A stretch of 64,000 nucleotides of DNA from Candidatus Pelagibacterales bacterium. GTDB taxonomy: Bacteria; Pseudomonadota; Alphaproteobacteria; Pelagibacterales; Pelagibacteraceae. Below, piece by piece: positions 31,613-41,977 of the stretch; the stretch's first letter is position 1, and the number at the start of each line of letters is the position of its first letter. The stretch lies in contig CBDDYU010000001.1 of assembly GCA_965235655.1 (NCBI GenBank), forward strand, positions 203,791 through 267,790. The letters are read 5' to 3'. The position numbers and the translations under genes are program-made. A model generated the notes under the pieces. The model saw only the letters and a program-made list of their open reading frames with translations. It did not search any database and was not told where the DNA came from.

Positions 31613-33065
31613 ATGAGCGATAGCCAGGAAATAATAACAAATTATAATCAAAACTCTGAGTACAGTCATGGTTTTGTAACTGATATTGAGACCATTGATG
31701 TTCCTAAAGGTTTAAATGAAGATACGATTAAATTCATATCTGATCAAAAAAAAGAACCAAAGTGGATGCTAGACTGGCGTCTCAAAGCCTATTCTAGATT
31801 ACAAAGCATGAAAGAACCAAATTGGCAAAAACCAAAATATCCAAAAATTAATTATCAAGATCTTTATTACTATTCAGCTCCGAAAAGCATGAAGGATCAA
31901 CCAAAATCTTTAGATGATATTGATCCTGAAATTAGAAAAACCTATGAAAAACTCGGCATCCCTCTTTTGGAGCAAAAAAGATTGGCTGGAGTTGCGGTTG
32001 ATGCTGTTTTTGACTCTGTATCAGTTGCAACAACTTTTAAAGAAAAATTAAAAGACATTGGAGTAATTTTTTGTTCTATTTCTGAGGCAACTAGAAATCA
32101 TCCTGAGCTTGTCCAGAAATATTTAGGTTCTGTAATACCTATGTCAGATCATTTTTTTGCGACATTAAACTCTGCAGTTTTTACCGATGGATCCTTCGTA
32201 TACATTCCACCAGGAGTAAGATGTCCAATGGAACTTTCAACGTACTTTAGAATTAATGCAGAAAATACAGGACAGTTTGAAAGAACGTTAATAATTGCAG
32301 ATAAAGGAAGTTACGTAAGTTATTTAGAGGGTTGTACAGCTCCAATGCGAGATGAAAATCAATTACATGCTGCAAATGTAGAGCTGATTGCTTTAGACGA
32401 TGCAGAAATTAAATATTCAACAGTTCAAAATTGGTATCCAGGCGATAAAAATGGAAATGGAGGAATTTATAATTTTGTAACTAAAAGGGGAGCTTGCAGA
32501 GGAAGAAATTCAAAAATTTCATGGACGCAAGTCGAGACTGGTTCTGCAATAACCTGGAAATATCCTAGCTGTATTCTTCAGGGTGATAACTCTCAAGGAG
32601 AATTTTATTCAGTTGCAATTACGAACAATTATCAAAAAGCTGATACTGGCACTAAAATGATACATTTAGGAAAAAATACAAAAAGTAAAATTATCTCAAA
32701 AGGAATATCAGCAGGTCATGCTGATAATACTTACCGAGGCCTAGTAAGTATCCACCCTAAAGCAACAGGAGCAAAAAACTTTACTCAATGTGACTCATTA
32801 TTAGTTGGTAATAAGTGTGGAGCACACACTGTTCCATACATAGAAAATAAAAATTCCTCATCTGAAGTTGAGCATGAGGCAACTACTTCAAAAATAAGCG
32901 ACGACCAGTTATTTTATTGCAGACAACGTGGTCTTAATCAAGAAGAAGCAGTGAGCTTAATTGTAAATGGTTTCTGCAAAGAAGTTTTGCAGCAGCTTAC
33001 CAATGGAATTTGCTGTAGAGGCTCAAAAGTTAGTTGGAATTAGCTTAGAAGGCAGTGTTGGTTGA
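31613..33065 (+). pseudogene. sufB: Fe-S cluster assembly protein SufB, frameshift about 70 nt before the end
   Basis: The 476-aa ORF is SufB-like throughout. After EVLQQL the expected tail [21 protein letters not shown] lies in another frame and ends at TGA 33063..33065, overlapping the sufC start. Confidence 0.9.
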
Positions 33066-33799
33066 TGATTAATATTAAAAATTTAAAAGCAAGCGTTGAT
33101 AATAAAGAGATTTTAAAAGGTCTTAATTTAACTATTGGAAAGGGAGAGGTTCATGCAATTATGGGCCCCAATGGATCAGGAAAAAGTACCTTATCTTACG
33201 TTTTGTCTGGCAAAGAAGGATACAATGTTACTGGTGAAGTTAGTTTTAATAAAAAAAATTTACTTGAGTTAAATACCGAGGAAAGAGCCAGAGAAGGAGT
33301 TTTTTTAGCTTTTCAATACCCCATAGAAATACCAGGTGTTTTTACTAATAATTTTTTAAGAACTTCTATTAACTCAATCAAAAAATCTAAAGGCGAAAAA
33401 GAAATTAATGCAATCGAATTTTTAAAATTAGTAAAAGAAAAATCTCAAGAACTTAAGATTGAACAAGAAATGTTATCTAGGCCTTTAAATGTAGGATTTT
33501 CAGGTGGTGAAAAAAAAAGAAATGAGATTTTACAAATGGCACTGCTGGAACCAAGTTTTGTTATTATGGATGAAACTGATTCAGGTTTAGATATCGATGC
33601 ATTAAAAATTGTTTCTAATGGTGTGAACGCCTTAAGAGATCCAGATAGATCTTTTTTAATTATCACTCATTACCAAAGACTATTAAATTATATAAAACCT
33701 GATTTTGTACATATTTTGTCGGACGGACAAATTGTTAAAACGGGGGATTGGAAATTGGCTTTAGAGTTAGAAAATGAGGGATATGCAAAATTTATTTGA
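33062..33799 (+). CDS. sufC: Fe-S cluster assembly ATPase SufC
   Basis: Walker A GPNGSGKST, ABC signature GFSGGEKKR and Walker B VIMDETDSGLD. The start may be ATG 33065. Confidence 0.95.
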   Translation: MMINIKNLKASVDNKEILKGLNLTIGKGEVHAIMGPNGSGKSTLSYVLSGKEGYNVTGEVSFNKKNLLELNTEERAREGVFLAFQYPIEIPGVFTNNFLRTSINSIKKSKGEKEINAIEFLKLVKEKSQELKIEQEMLSRPLNVGFSGGEKKRNEILQMALLEPSFVIMDETDSGLDIDALKIVSNGVNALRDPDRSFLIITHYQRLLNYIKPDFVHILSDGQIVKTGDWKLALELENEGYAKFI

Positions 33800-33802
33800 T
33801 AA

Positions 33803-35042
33803 ATGGAAAATTATTCTAATATAAAAAACTGTTTTGATGCATTTATAAAAAGTTTTCAAAGCAATGATACAGATCTAGAGTTTAGAAAAAGATCAATTAA
33901 TCATTTTTTAGAAAATGGTTATCCAGGTATTAAAAATGAAGATTGGAAGTACTCTCCATTAACTAAAGACCTTCCGAAATTTAACAATTTTAATATTTCA
34001 AAATCTTTATCAAATGATTTACCCGTTTCACACAATGAAGCATTTGACCATTATAGTATTGTTTTTTATGACGGTAACTTGGTTAGCAAAAGTATTTTAA
34101 TTGAAGGATTAAAAATTGAAAAAAATAGCAATTATTTAAAATCAATTAAAAAAGAAGGAGAGAACCCAGTCTTAAATTTAAATAATGCCTTTGCTGAAAA
34201 TGGTTATTTAATAGAAGTAGAAAAAAACGCCAAGATCAATAAGCCAGTTGTCATTTATTATTATTATTCTAATCATTTTAATTCAAATTATTTTGGTTAT
34301 AAAAATTTTATCTTAGTTAATGAGAATTCTTCTATAACTATCTACGAAAAACCTATTTATGAAAATGATAGTGAATATCTGACAACCAGCAATACAGAAA
34401 TTTTTTTATCTAAAAATTCAATTTTAAAAAAATTTGATAATAATATTTCAAATAAAAATTCTACTATTTATAATTTTCTTAAATGTAATTTAGATGAAGA
34501 CTCGTATTTTGAATTGTTTAATTTTTCTAAAAATATCAATTCAAGAAGAGATGAAACAATTGTCAATTTAAATGGAAAAAACAGTTTTGCTTCCGTCAAT
34601 GCAATCCAATTACTACATGAAAAATGTAACCATGAAATTAAGCTATTAATGAACCACAATGAGGAAAATACTAAAAGCTCTCAATTTGTAAAAACAGCTT
34701 TATATGACCAGTCAATACTCAAGTTTTCAGGGAAAAATTTTTGTAGATTCTAAAGCACAAAAAACAGACGGTTATCAGTTATCACGAGCTCTACTATTAT
34801 CAGATAATGCAAAATTTTTTTCCAAACCAGAATTGGAGATATATGCAGATGATGTAAAATGTAGTCACGGTTCCTCTTCAGGTAATATTGATAATGAATC
34901 CATATTTTATCTACGTTCTAGAGGTATTGATGAAAAAGATGCTAAAGATATGATGATTAAAGGTTTTTTAGCTGAGGTAATTGATAAAATCACTGACAAC
35001 AACTTTCAGAACAAAATTCTATCAACAGTTAGGACATTATAA
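33803..35042 (+). pseudogene. sufD: Fe-S cluster assembly protein SufD, one frameshift near 34715..34740
   Basis: ORFs 33803..34753 and 34704..35042 lie in different frames. The second has the SufB/D C-terminal pattern KAQKTDGYQ...LEIYADDVKCSHGSSSG. The span is 1240 nt. Confidence 0.85.
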
Positions 35043-35045
35043 GTA

Positions 35046-36269
35046 ATGATATCTAAAAATATTAAGGATCAATTTCCAATTTTTAACAATAAAATCAAAG
35101 GAAAAAAATTAATCGTATCTTAGATAGTGCAAATTCTTCACAAAAACCACAAACCGTAATTGATTCAATCAGTGATTTTTATACTAATCGATTTTCAAAT
35201 GTAGGTAGGGGAATTTATACTTTAGCTGTCAATGCATCAGAAGATTATGAAAAAACAAGAAGTAGTATTAAAAAATTTATAGGATCTGGAAAAGATTATG
35301 AACTAATTTTTACTAAAAATGCAACCGAGTCTTTAAATTTAGTTGCTAGCTGTTTTGGAGAAAAATTTATCAATAAAGGAGATGAAATTATTTTAACTGA
35401 TATGGAGCATCATGCCAACTATGTTCCGTGGCATTTTTTAAGAAAAAAGAAAGGTGCCAGTTATTAAATTCATTCCAATTGACAAGGATGGAAACTTACA
35501 ATTGGATAAACTTCCATCATTAATCACATCTAAAACTAAAATTATTTCTGTAACACATATGTCGAATGTTACTGGAGCTATTAATCCACTTAAGAGAAAT
35601 TATTGAAATAGCAAAAAATAAAAATATTCCTGTCTGTGTAGATGGAACGCAAGGAGCCGGACATCTTGAATTTAGCATTAACGACCTAGAATGTGATTTT
35701 TATGCTTTTTCAGGACACAAAATGTATGGCCCAACTGGTGTTGGTTTACTATCGATTAAGTATAAATGGCTAGAAGTCATTTGATCCTTTCATCGGCGGT
35801 GGAGGAATGATTGATTATGTTAGCAAAAAGGACATTGCTTATGCTAGGGGAGTTTGGAAAATGGAAGCTGGAACTATGCCTACAGCTGAAATAATAGCAC
35901 TTAATGAATCAGTAAATTTTATCAATAATTTAAGCAAAAAAGAAATTTTTAAACATGAAGAAAAATTAACAAAAATAGCAATTGATAAATTAAGATTGAA
36001 TAATTCAGTAAAGATTATTGCTCTTCCTAAAAATCAAGGCGGTGTATTTCTCCTTTAATATAGATAAAATTCATTCTCATGATGTATCTACAATTTTAGA
36101 TCAGGAGGGAATAGCGGTCAGAGGTGGACATCATTGTTGTCAAGTTTTGCATGAAGTAATGAATGTTAATTCTTCTGTTAGAGTTTCTTTTGGCGTTTAT
36201 AACAATGAAGAAGATATTGACTGTCTTTTTGACGGTATAAAAAAATGTCAAAAAATATTTTCAAATTAA
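35046..36269 (+). pseudogene. sufS: cysteine desulfurase SufS, 5 frameshifts
   Basis: The manual three-frame read is colinear with SufS: MISKNIKDQFPIF..YLDSANSSQKPQ..HHANYVPW..HMSNVTGAINP..SGHKMYGPTG (PLP Lys)..GGGMIDYV..RGGHHCCQ. The frame switches near 35115, 35460, 35593, 35780 and 36050. Confidence 0.9.
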
Positions 36270-36744
36270 ATGGAATTAAAATCTCTTATATCAAGATTTA
36301 ATTCTAGATCATGGAAAAAATCCAAGAAATTTTAAAAGTTTAGACAAACCTATGTGATAGTATTGTTGCTCACAATCCATTATGTGGTGACAAAATAGAA
36401 ATTTTCGCATTACTTGAAGAGAGATACTAATTAAAGATATTTCTTTTCGAGGTAACGGTTGTGCTATTTGCATTGGCTGCTTCATCTAGTAATGACTGAA
36501 TTAGTAATAAAAAAAAATGATTAACGAAACAAAGCACTTAATTGATTTTTTTCTAAAAAAAATTAGATAAAATAGATACTTCCAAACCTACCCAAAATTA
36601 GCAAAGAAGAATCTGTTAAAAATCAATTCTTTTTCTAGTGTTAGTGATTTTCCAATGCGCATTAAATGTGCTACATTACCCTGGCTTGGCTTGAATTCAT
36701 TACTATTTGAAAATAAAAAAGAAATTAATATAGATAAAGTATAA
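36270..36744 (+). pseudogene. SufU/NifU-N-like Fe-S scaffold or sulfur-transfer protein, multiple frameshifts
   Basis: Pieces in three frames read MELKSLYQDLILDHGKNPRNF..HNPLCGDKIEIF..ISFRGNGCAIC..FPMRIKCATLPW, colinear with B. subtilis SufU as I recall it. Confidence 0.7.
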
Positions 36745-36747
36745 ATC

Positions 36748-37059
36748 ATGAAACCAGAAGATTCTTTGTTAATGGATAAAATTGTTGAAAAACTTAAAAG
36801 TGTTTACGATCCAGAAATACCAGTGGATATTTATGAATTGGGTTTGATTTATGATGTGAGAATTAATGAAAAAAAAGTTTCAATGGATATGACATTAACT
36901 AGTCCGCACTGTCCTGTTGCAGAGTCATTGCCAATGGAAGTAAAAAGATCTGTGGAAGAAATACCTGAAATTGAAGAAGTTGAAGTTAAAATTGTTTGGG
37001 ACCCACCTTGGGATAAAACAAAAATGTCAGAATCGGCAAAATTAGAATTAAATTTATAA
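36748..37059 (+). CDS. DUF59/SufT-type Fe-S assembly protein
   Basis: 103-aa ORF with VYDPEIPVDIYELGLIY and TLTSPHCP motifs. Confidence 0.8.
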   Translation: MKPEDSLLMDKIVEKLKSVYDPEIPVDIYELGLIYDVRINEKKVSMDMTLTSPHCPVAESLPMEVKRSVEEIPEIEEVEVKIVWDPPWDKTKMSESAKLELNL

Positions 37060-37062
37060 TTT

Positions 37063-37402
37063 ATGAGTAATGCAATTATTACAATTACAGATGCTGCCGC
37101 AGAAAGAATTAAGGAAATTTTAAGTAAAGCACAAGAATCTAATGTTGCTGGAGTGAGAGTTTCAGTTGTTACAGGAGGATGCGCCGGTATGACTTATGAG
37201 ATGCATTATTTAAAAGAAAAAAAGGTAGGTGATGAAGTGATTAAAGATAAAGGTGTTGAGGTTTATATTGATCCTAAAGGCAATAATGTATTTATTGGGA
37301 ACAACTATGGATTATAAAAAAGAAAAATTTTCTTCTTCTTTTGTATTTAACAATCCAAATGAAACAGAGCGTTGCGGCTGTGGGGAGTCTTTTAAAATTT
37401 AA
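37063..37402 (+). pseudogene. A-type Fe-S carrier (HesB/IscA/SufA family), one frameshift near 37275..37315
   Basis: The N-terminal part has VTGGCAGMTYEM. The C-terminal MDYKKEKFSSSFVFNNPNETERCGCGESFKI* is in another frame and ends at 37402. The span is 340 nt. Confidence 0.85.
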
Positions 37403-38162
37403 ATTGTTCTGCTAAGATTTCTTTCCTGCAATCCAAATTTTTTATTATATAATAGTTTAAATTGAATTTTCCAATTTACGGAAATTTTAACTATTAGTGC
37501 ATTTTTTATTTCGTTATTATCTGCAACTGCACTTACAGGTCTTTTTTTTGAGTCTAAATTTTTTATTACTATTGTAGATTTGTTTGAAACAATTGCGCCT
37601 CTCCAGCCTCTTGGTCTGAATGGGCTAATAGGTGTAATGGTTAAATGTTGACTATCTAGGTTTAATATAGGACCTTGTAGCTGAAAGATTGTATGCGGTG
37701 CTACCGGCAGGTGTTGCAACCAAAGCTACCGTCGCCAGTTAATTCTTTAATTCTAATTTTTCCATCTACAGCTATTTCTAATTTCGCTGCTTGTTTAGTT
37801 TTTCTATAGATTGACACTTCATTGATTGCTATCTGTTTTTTTATAGTTTTGTCTTTTGAAACAACAGTCATTTCAAGTGGATGTAAAATTAATTGATTAG
37901 TTTTTTTTATTTTATTAGATAAATCTTTTATTGAAAATGGATTTAGTAAAAATCCATGATTGCCTTTGTTCATTCCATAAAAGGGTTTATTAAATTTATA
38001 ATATTTTTTTAAGGATTGCAGCATGAACCCATCACCACCAATAACGACAATAGCATCACATTTATTTACGGGAGAATTGTTATAAAATTTTAAAATTTGT
38101 TTTTTAGCTAAAATCGCTTTACTTGTATTATCTGTAATAAGGCAAATTTTTAAATTGTTCAT
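37399..38162 (-). pseudogene. nadK: NAD kinase, one frameshift near 37701..37719
   Basis: Fragments 37701..38162 (GGDGFML) and 37399..37719 span 764 nt. Confidence 0.85.
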
Positions 38163-38197
38163 ATGATATTAAAGCATAGCATAATTTATCTAAAAAA

Positions 38198-39295
38198 ATG
38201 CATATAAAAAATTTGAAAGAAAATTTTCTAAATTTTTGTATTGAAAAAAAATACAAACAAAACAAATTTCAGATTGAAATTATTGAAGATTTGTCACTTT
38301 TTTATCATAGTAATGGAAAACCTCAACATCTTTGCTTAAAAAATTACTGAGGCAATAATCAGGCTAAGCTTGGATTTTATTTATATGGCGATGTGGGTGT
38401 TGGAAAAACAATGTTGTTAAATTTTTTTTATGAATTCGTTGAATTGAGAAAAAAAGTTAGACTTCATTTTAATGAATTCATGATTGAAGTTCATAATTTC
38501 CTACACATTAATAAAGACAAATCAAAATCAGAAAATTTACTAGATTTGTATGCAAAAAAATTAAGAAAAAATTATGAATATATTTATTTTGATGAATTTC
38601 AAGTTACTAATATTGTTGATGCAATGATTTTAGGAAAATTATTTTCCTCATTATTTAATGAACATATAAAAGTTATAGTTACATCAAATACAAAAATTGA
38701 TGATCTCTATCAAGATGGGTTGCAAAGAGAGCAATTTATTCCATTTATTAAAATTTTTAAAAAATTTTGTATAGAAAAAGAGCTAAATATTGGTGAAGAT
38801 TATCGAAAATCAACAATTAATAATTTAGATCGTTTTTTTTATCCTATTAATGAGGAAAATAATTTCAAAAAAAATAAGCTCTTCAGAGAATTGACCAAAA
38901 ATAAAACCAATAAACCAAAAAGAAGGATAGTAATAAAAAGTAGAGAGTTTGTTATTGATGATTATTTCGAGGGTGTTGCAAAATTTGATTTTGATGATCT
39001 GTGTAAAAAAAACCTTGCGGGCGGAAGATTATATTAAAATTGCAGAACAGTGTAATTGTATTGTTATTAGAAAACATACCCAGTTTTAGTGATGATAATT
39101 TGGATGAACAGCATACAGGTTTATCACTCTAATAGATATTTTGTATGAAAAAAAAATATTATTAATTGCGACTTCCGAATATTCAATTCATCAATATAGG
39201 TTCATGCTAATAAACTTACAAAACCATTTAAAAGAACTTTGAGTAGATTGCATGAATTAACATCAGTCAATTTTCTTAAAATAACTTCTATTTAG
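38198..39295 (+). pseudogene. zapE: AFG1/ZapE-family ATPase, several frameshifts
   Basis: ATG 38198 starts MHIKNLKENF. The P-loop GFYLYGDVGVGKTML is in the frame of ORF 38393..39037. The C-terminal pieces DYIKIAEQCN, RFITLIDILYEKKILLIATSE and LSRLHELTS are spread over other frames to 39295. Confidence 0.8.
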
Positions 39296-39691
39296 ATAGG
39301 TTGTATCAAAGTATCAATTAAGTTTGATAAACCGCTTTGTCTTTGGGGAGTTAGAAGTTCTAAAATTCCCAGACTTTTAAAATCTTCTTTTTTTAATTTG
39401 GAAATTTCTATCTGCAGATTCATTATTTAAAATATCTATAACTAATTTAGCAGTCCCTTTGGTTATGAAAGCATCAGCATCAAAAATATATTTCATATTA
39501 CCATTTTGATTTTTCATACCCACCACCCACAAGATTAGAAGCACAACCAATTATTTTATTTTGTTCAATTTTATGTATTCGCCTCTAATGGTTCTGCATC
39601 TTTTGCGATATCTATCAAATATTGCAGTCTATCAGTCCCTTCCAGAATTGAAATTTCCTCTCCTCTTTGCTATAATTTTTTTAATTATCAT
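39292..39691 (-). pseudogene. sufE: SufE-like cysteine desulfuration protein, about 4-5 frameshifts
   Basis: Minus-strand pieces read EGTDRLQYLIDIAKDAEPL, IGCASNL, MKYIFDADAFITKGTAKLVIDILNNESAD and KKEDFKSLGILELLTPQRQSGLSNLIDTLIQPI*, colinear with SufE. Confidence 0.7.
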
Positions 39692-39787
39692 TTTTTGAAA
39701 TAATTTTTAAAATAGCATTTATTGGCAAGGTAATACATTCTTTTCTTGGGTAGTTTTTTTTTTTAACGATTAGTGAAAATTTTTTAA

Positions 39788-40087
39788 TTACATAAAAATT
39801 TTAAATTTAATTTTGTTATTAAAAAAATCATAGATTTGCTTTTGAATTTTTTTTAAGTTCTGCTGATGTAAATTTATTTTGGTATTTGCAATAATAGATG
39901 CAGATGCCTGACAATATATGCACATTTCACCTTCATATCTAAAATTGGTAATGCAATTTTTTTTAATATTAAATTCAATTTGTATCTCATCACCACAGTT
40001 TTTATTTTTAAGTTTACCATGATAATTGGCTTTATTAGTCAATCCATAACATTTTGTATTTGCAGCTATTTGTATCGCTTCTTTCAT
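39788..40087 (-). CDS. small NifU-N/IscU-like protein
   Basis: 99-aa intact ORF with NCGDEIQIEF and EGEMCIYCQASASII, resembling the Cys-ligand regions of IscU/SufU scaffolds. Confidence 0.55.
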   Translation of the reverse strand: MKEAIQIAANTKCYGLTNKANYHGKLKNKNCGDEIQIEFNIKKNCITNFRYEGEMCIYCQASASIIANTKINLHQQNLKKIQKQIYDFFNNKIKFKIFM

Positions 40088-40150
40088 AATAAATGCTTTA
40101 TGAATATTTATTGAAACTTTATTTTTTTATAATTGTTAAAATTTTTTGAA

Positions 40151-40448
40151 TCAGCTGTTCTTTGGCAACATAGTAGTTCTTGAAATTGAGTATTTAAAGA
40201 AATAAAAAATTCTTCTCAACATATCTACAATTCCAATAATTGATAAAATTATAATAATATAAATAATTAATTGATATAAAAATGGATTTTTAAAACTTTT
40301 ATTGATTGAAAGTTTATTGTTTTGTGATCCCTGAGCCGTGAAACCATATTTCATTGCATATTCCACATTGAACTTCTCTACCATTATTTGGCATGTCTGA
40401 TTTTTTTATAGTAAATTGATATTTTCCACACTTGCAACTTATAATCAT
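40151..40448 (-). pseudogene. MJ0042-type zinc-ribbon protein with C-terminal TM helix, one frameshift
   Basis: ATG 40448..40446 gives MIISCKCGKYQFTIKKSDMPNNGREVQCGICNEIW (CxC..CxxC). The TM tail LYQLIIYIIIILSIIGIV lies in the frame of ORF 40151..40384. The span is 298 nt. Confidence 0.5.
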
Positions 40449-40822
40449 TTATTCATCCTTGGTGTTTTCATTGTAATTATCTGCAATTTAGAATTATGTA
40501 ATTTGTTTAAAAATAAATATTTATTATTAACTGGCTGATACTTGATAATTTTATTTAATAAAAGAGGTTTATCATAAAATTTTTGCTTCTTTAATTAGTT
40601 TTTTTTACAACTTCTTTTTTATCTAATCTTCTTCAATTTGAATACTTGTTGATATTCCAAAATATTAGAATTTTCTAACTTCTCTTTTTAGCAGACTAAT
40701 AACTCAATTTGATTAATAGATTCTAAAATTTCTTTGTTATCAAATTTTTTTAAACTTTTGTTTTCAGGGTAAATTTCATTTACCGATTCTAATATTTCGT
40801 CGATTGTAAATTTATTTTTCAT
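40445..40822 (-). pseudogene. degenerate small ORF (N-terminus faintly DUF2497-like)
   Basis: ATG 40822 gives MKNKFTIDEILESVNEIYPENK. The stop at 40445 is in the same frame and overlaps the next ATG as ATGA, but three in-frame stops lie between. Confidence 0.25.
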
Positions 40823-40903
40823 AGATTCCTAGATAATTATACCATTTTTTGCAAATAAATATAATTTTACATATTTCAAAAATAAGTAGATACAGAGTTT
40901 TAC

Positions 40904-41793
40904 ATGTTTAAAAATGCTTTATTATTTGTATCTACTTTACTTTGTTGGTCTCCCACATGGTATATTATAAAATTTCAATTAGGTTACGTGGATCCTTTAA
41001 TATCGGTTTTTTATAGAATTGGTCTTGCCTGTATTATTATATTTGCAGTTTTATTTCTTACTAATCAGAAATTAAAATTTAAATTGTACTGATCACGTAT
41101 GGTTTTTGGCACTTGGCCTTTGTCTTATTTTCTTCAAATTATATTTTTTTTTATTTAGCCAATACTTATCTTATTAGCGGTGTTGTTTGCATTGCATTTT
41201 CAGCTAATCTTATTTTAAATATTATTGGTGAAAAAATTATTTATAAAACTAATGCTACTTATCAAACTTGGATAGCAGGTGTTTTAGGTGCAATCGGAAT
41301 TTTTATAATTTTTAATAAAGAAATTTTGAATTTTAATTTAAATAACTCAACACATATTGGAATAGTTTTGTCTTTTATTGCTACTTTTTTTTGGTCATGT
41401 GGAAACATGATACATGTTAGGAATTCAAAAAATAAAATGCCTTTCTTTTCTACTATAGCTTATGGAATGCTATACGGATGCATTTTTACATTGTGCGTTG
41501 CTAAAGTTAGGGGTGCTGAGATTTTATTTGAAATTTCGCTACCTTATATTTCTGCTTTATTGTTCTTATCTGTTTTTGGCACTGTTTTTGCATTTTATTT
41601 ATATTTAAATTTAGTTAACAATATTGGCGCAGGTAGAGCCGGATACGTTGGAGTTTTTATGCCTGTTCTTGCACTTTTGATATCTACTTATTTTGAAAAT
41701 TTAGAATGGTCTCAAAGTTTAATTATTGGTTTACCTATTTTAATACTAGGATCCATTTTGATCATTAATCAAAAAAATAAACTTGTTATTTAA
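40904..41793 (+). pseudogene. EamA/DMT-family transporter, one frameshift near 41092..41113
   Basis: Two adjacent ORFs, 40904..41092 and 41113..41793, together give about 10 TM segments, typical of the EamA duplication. The span is 890 nt. Confidence 0.75.
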
Positions 41794-41852
41794 TATCAAC
41801 AATTCTTTTATATTGTTTCTATTTGATTAATTATGTAAAAAACACGTCAATT

Positions 41853-41928
41853 GCCCCTTTAGCTCATTAGGTAGAGCAACTGATTTGTAATCAGTAGGTG
41901 GCCTGTTCGAATCGGGCAAGGGGCACCA
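41853..41928 (+). tRNA. tRNA-Thr (anticodon UGU)
   Basis: The sequence folds by hand as a cloverleaf. Acceptor GCCCCTT pairs with AAGGGGC. The D arm is GCTC/GAGC. The anticodon stem ACTGA/TCAGT carries the loop TTTGTAA. The T arm GCCTG-TTCGAAT-CGGGC is followed by an encoded CCA. Confidence 0.9.
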
Positions 41929-41977
41929 TTCTTACTCTATTAATCAGATAATTTTATTATTCATATGTATAATAATT

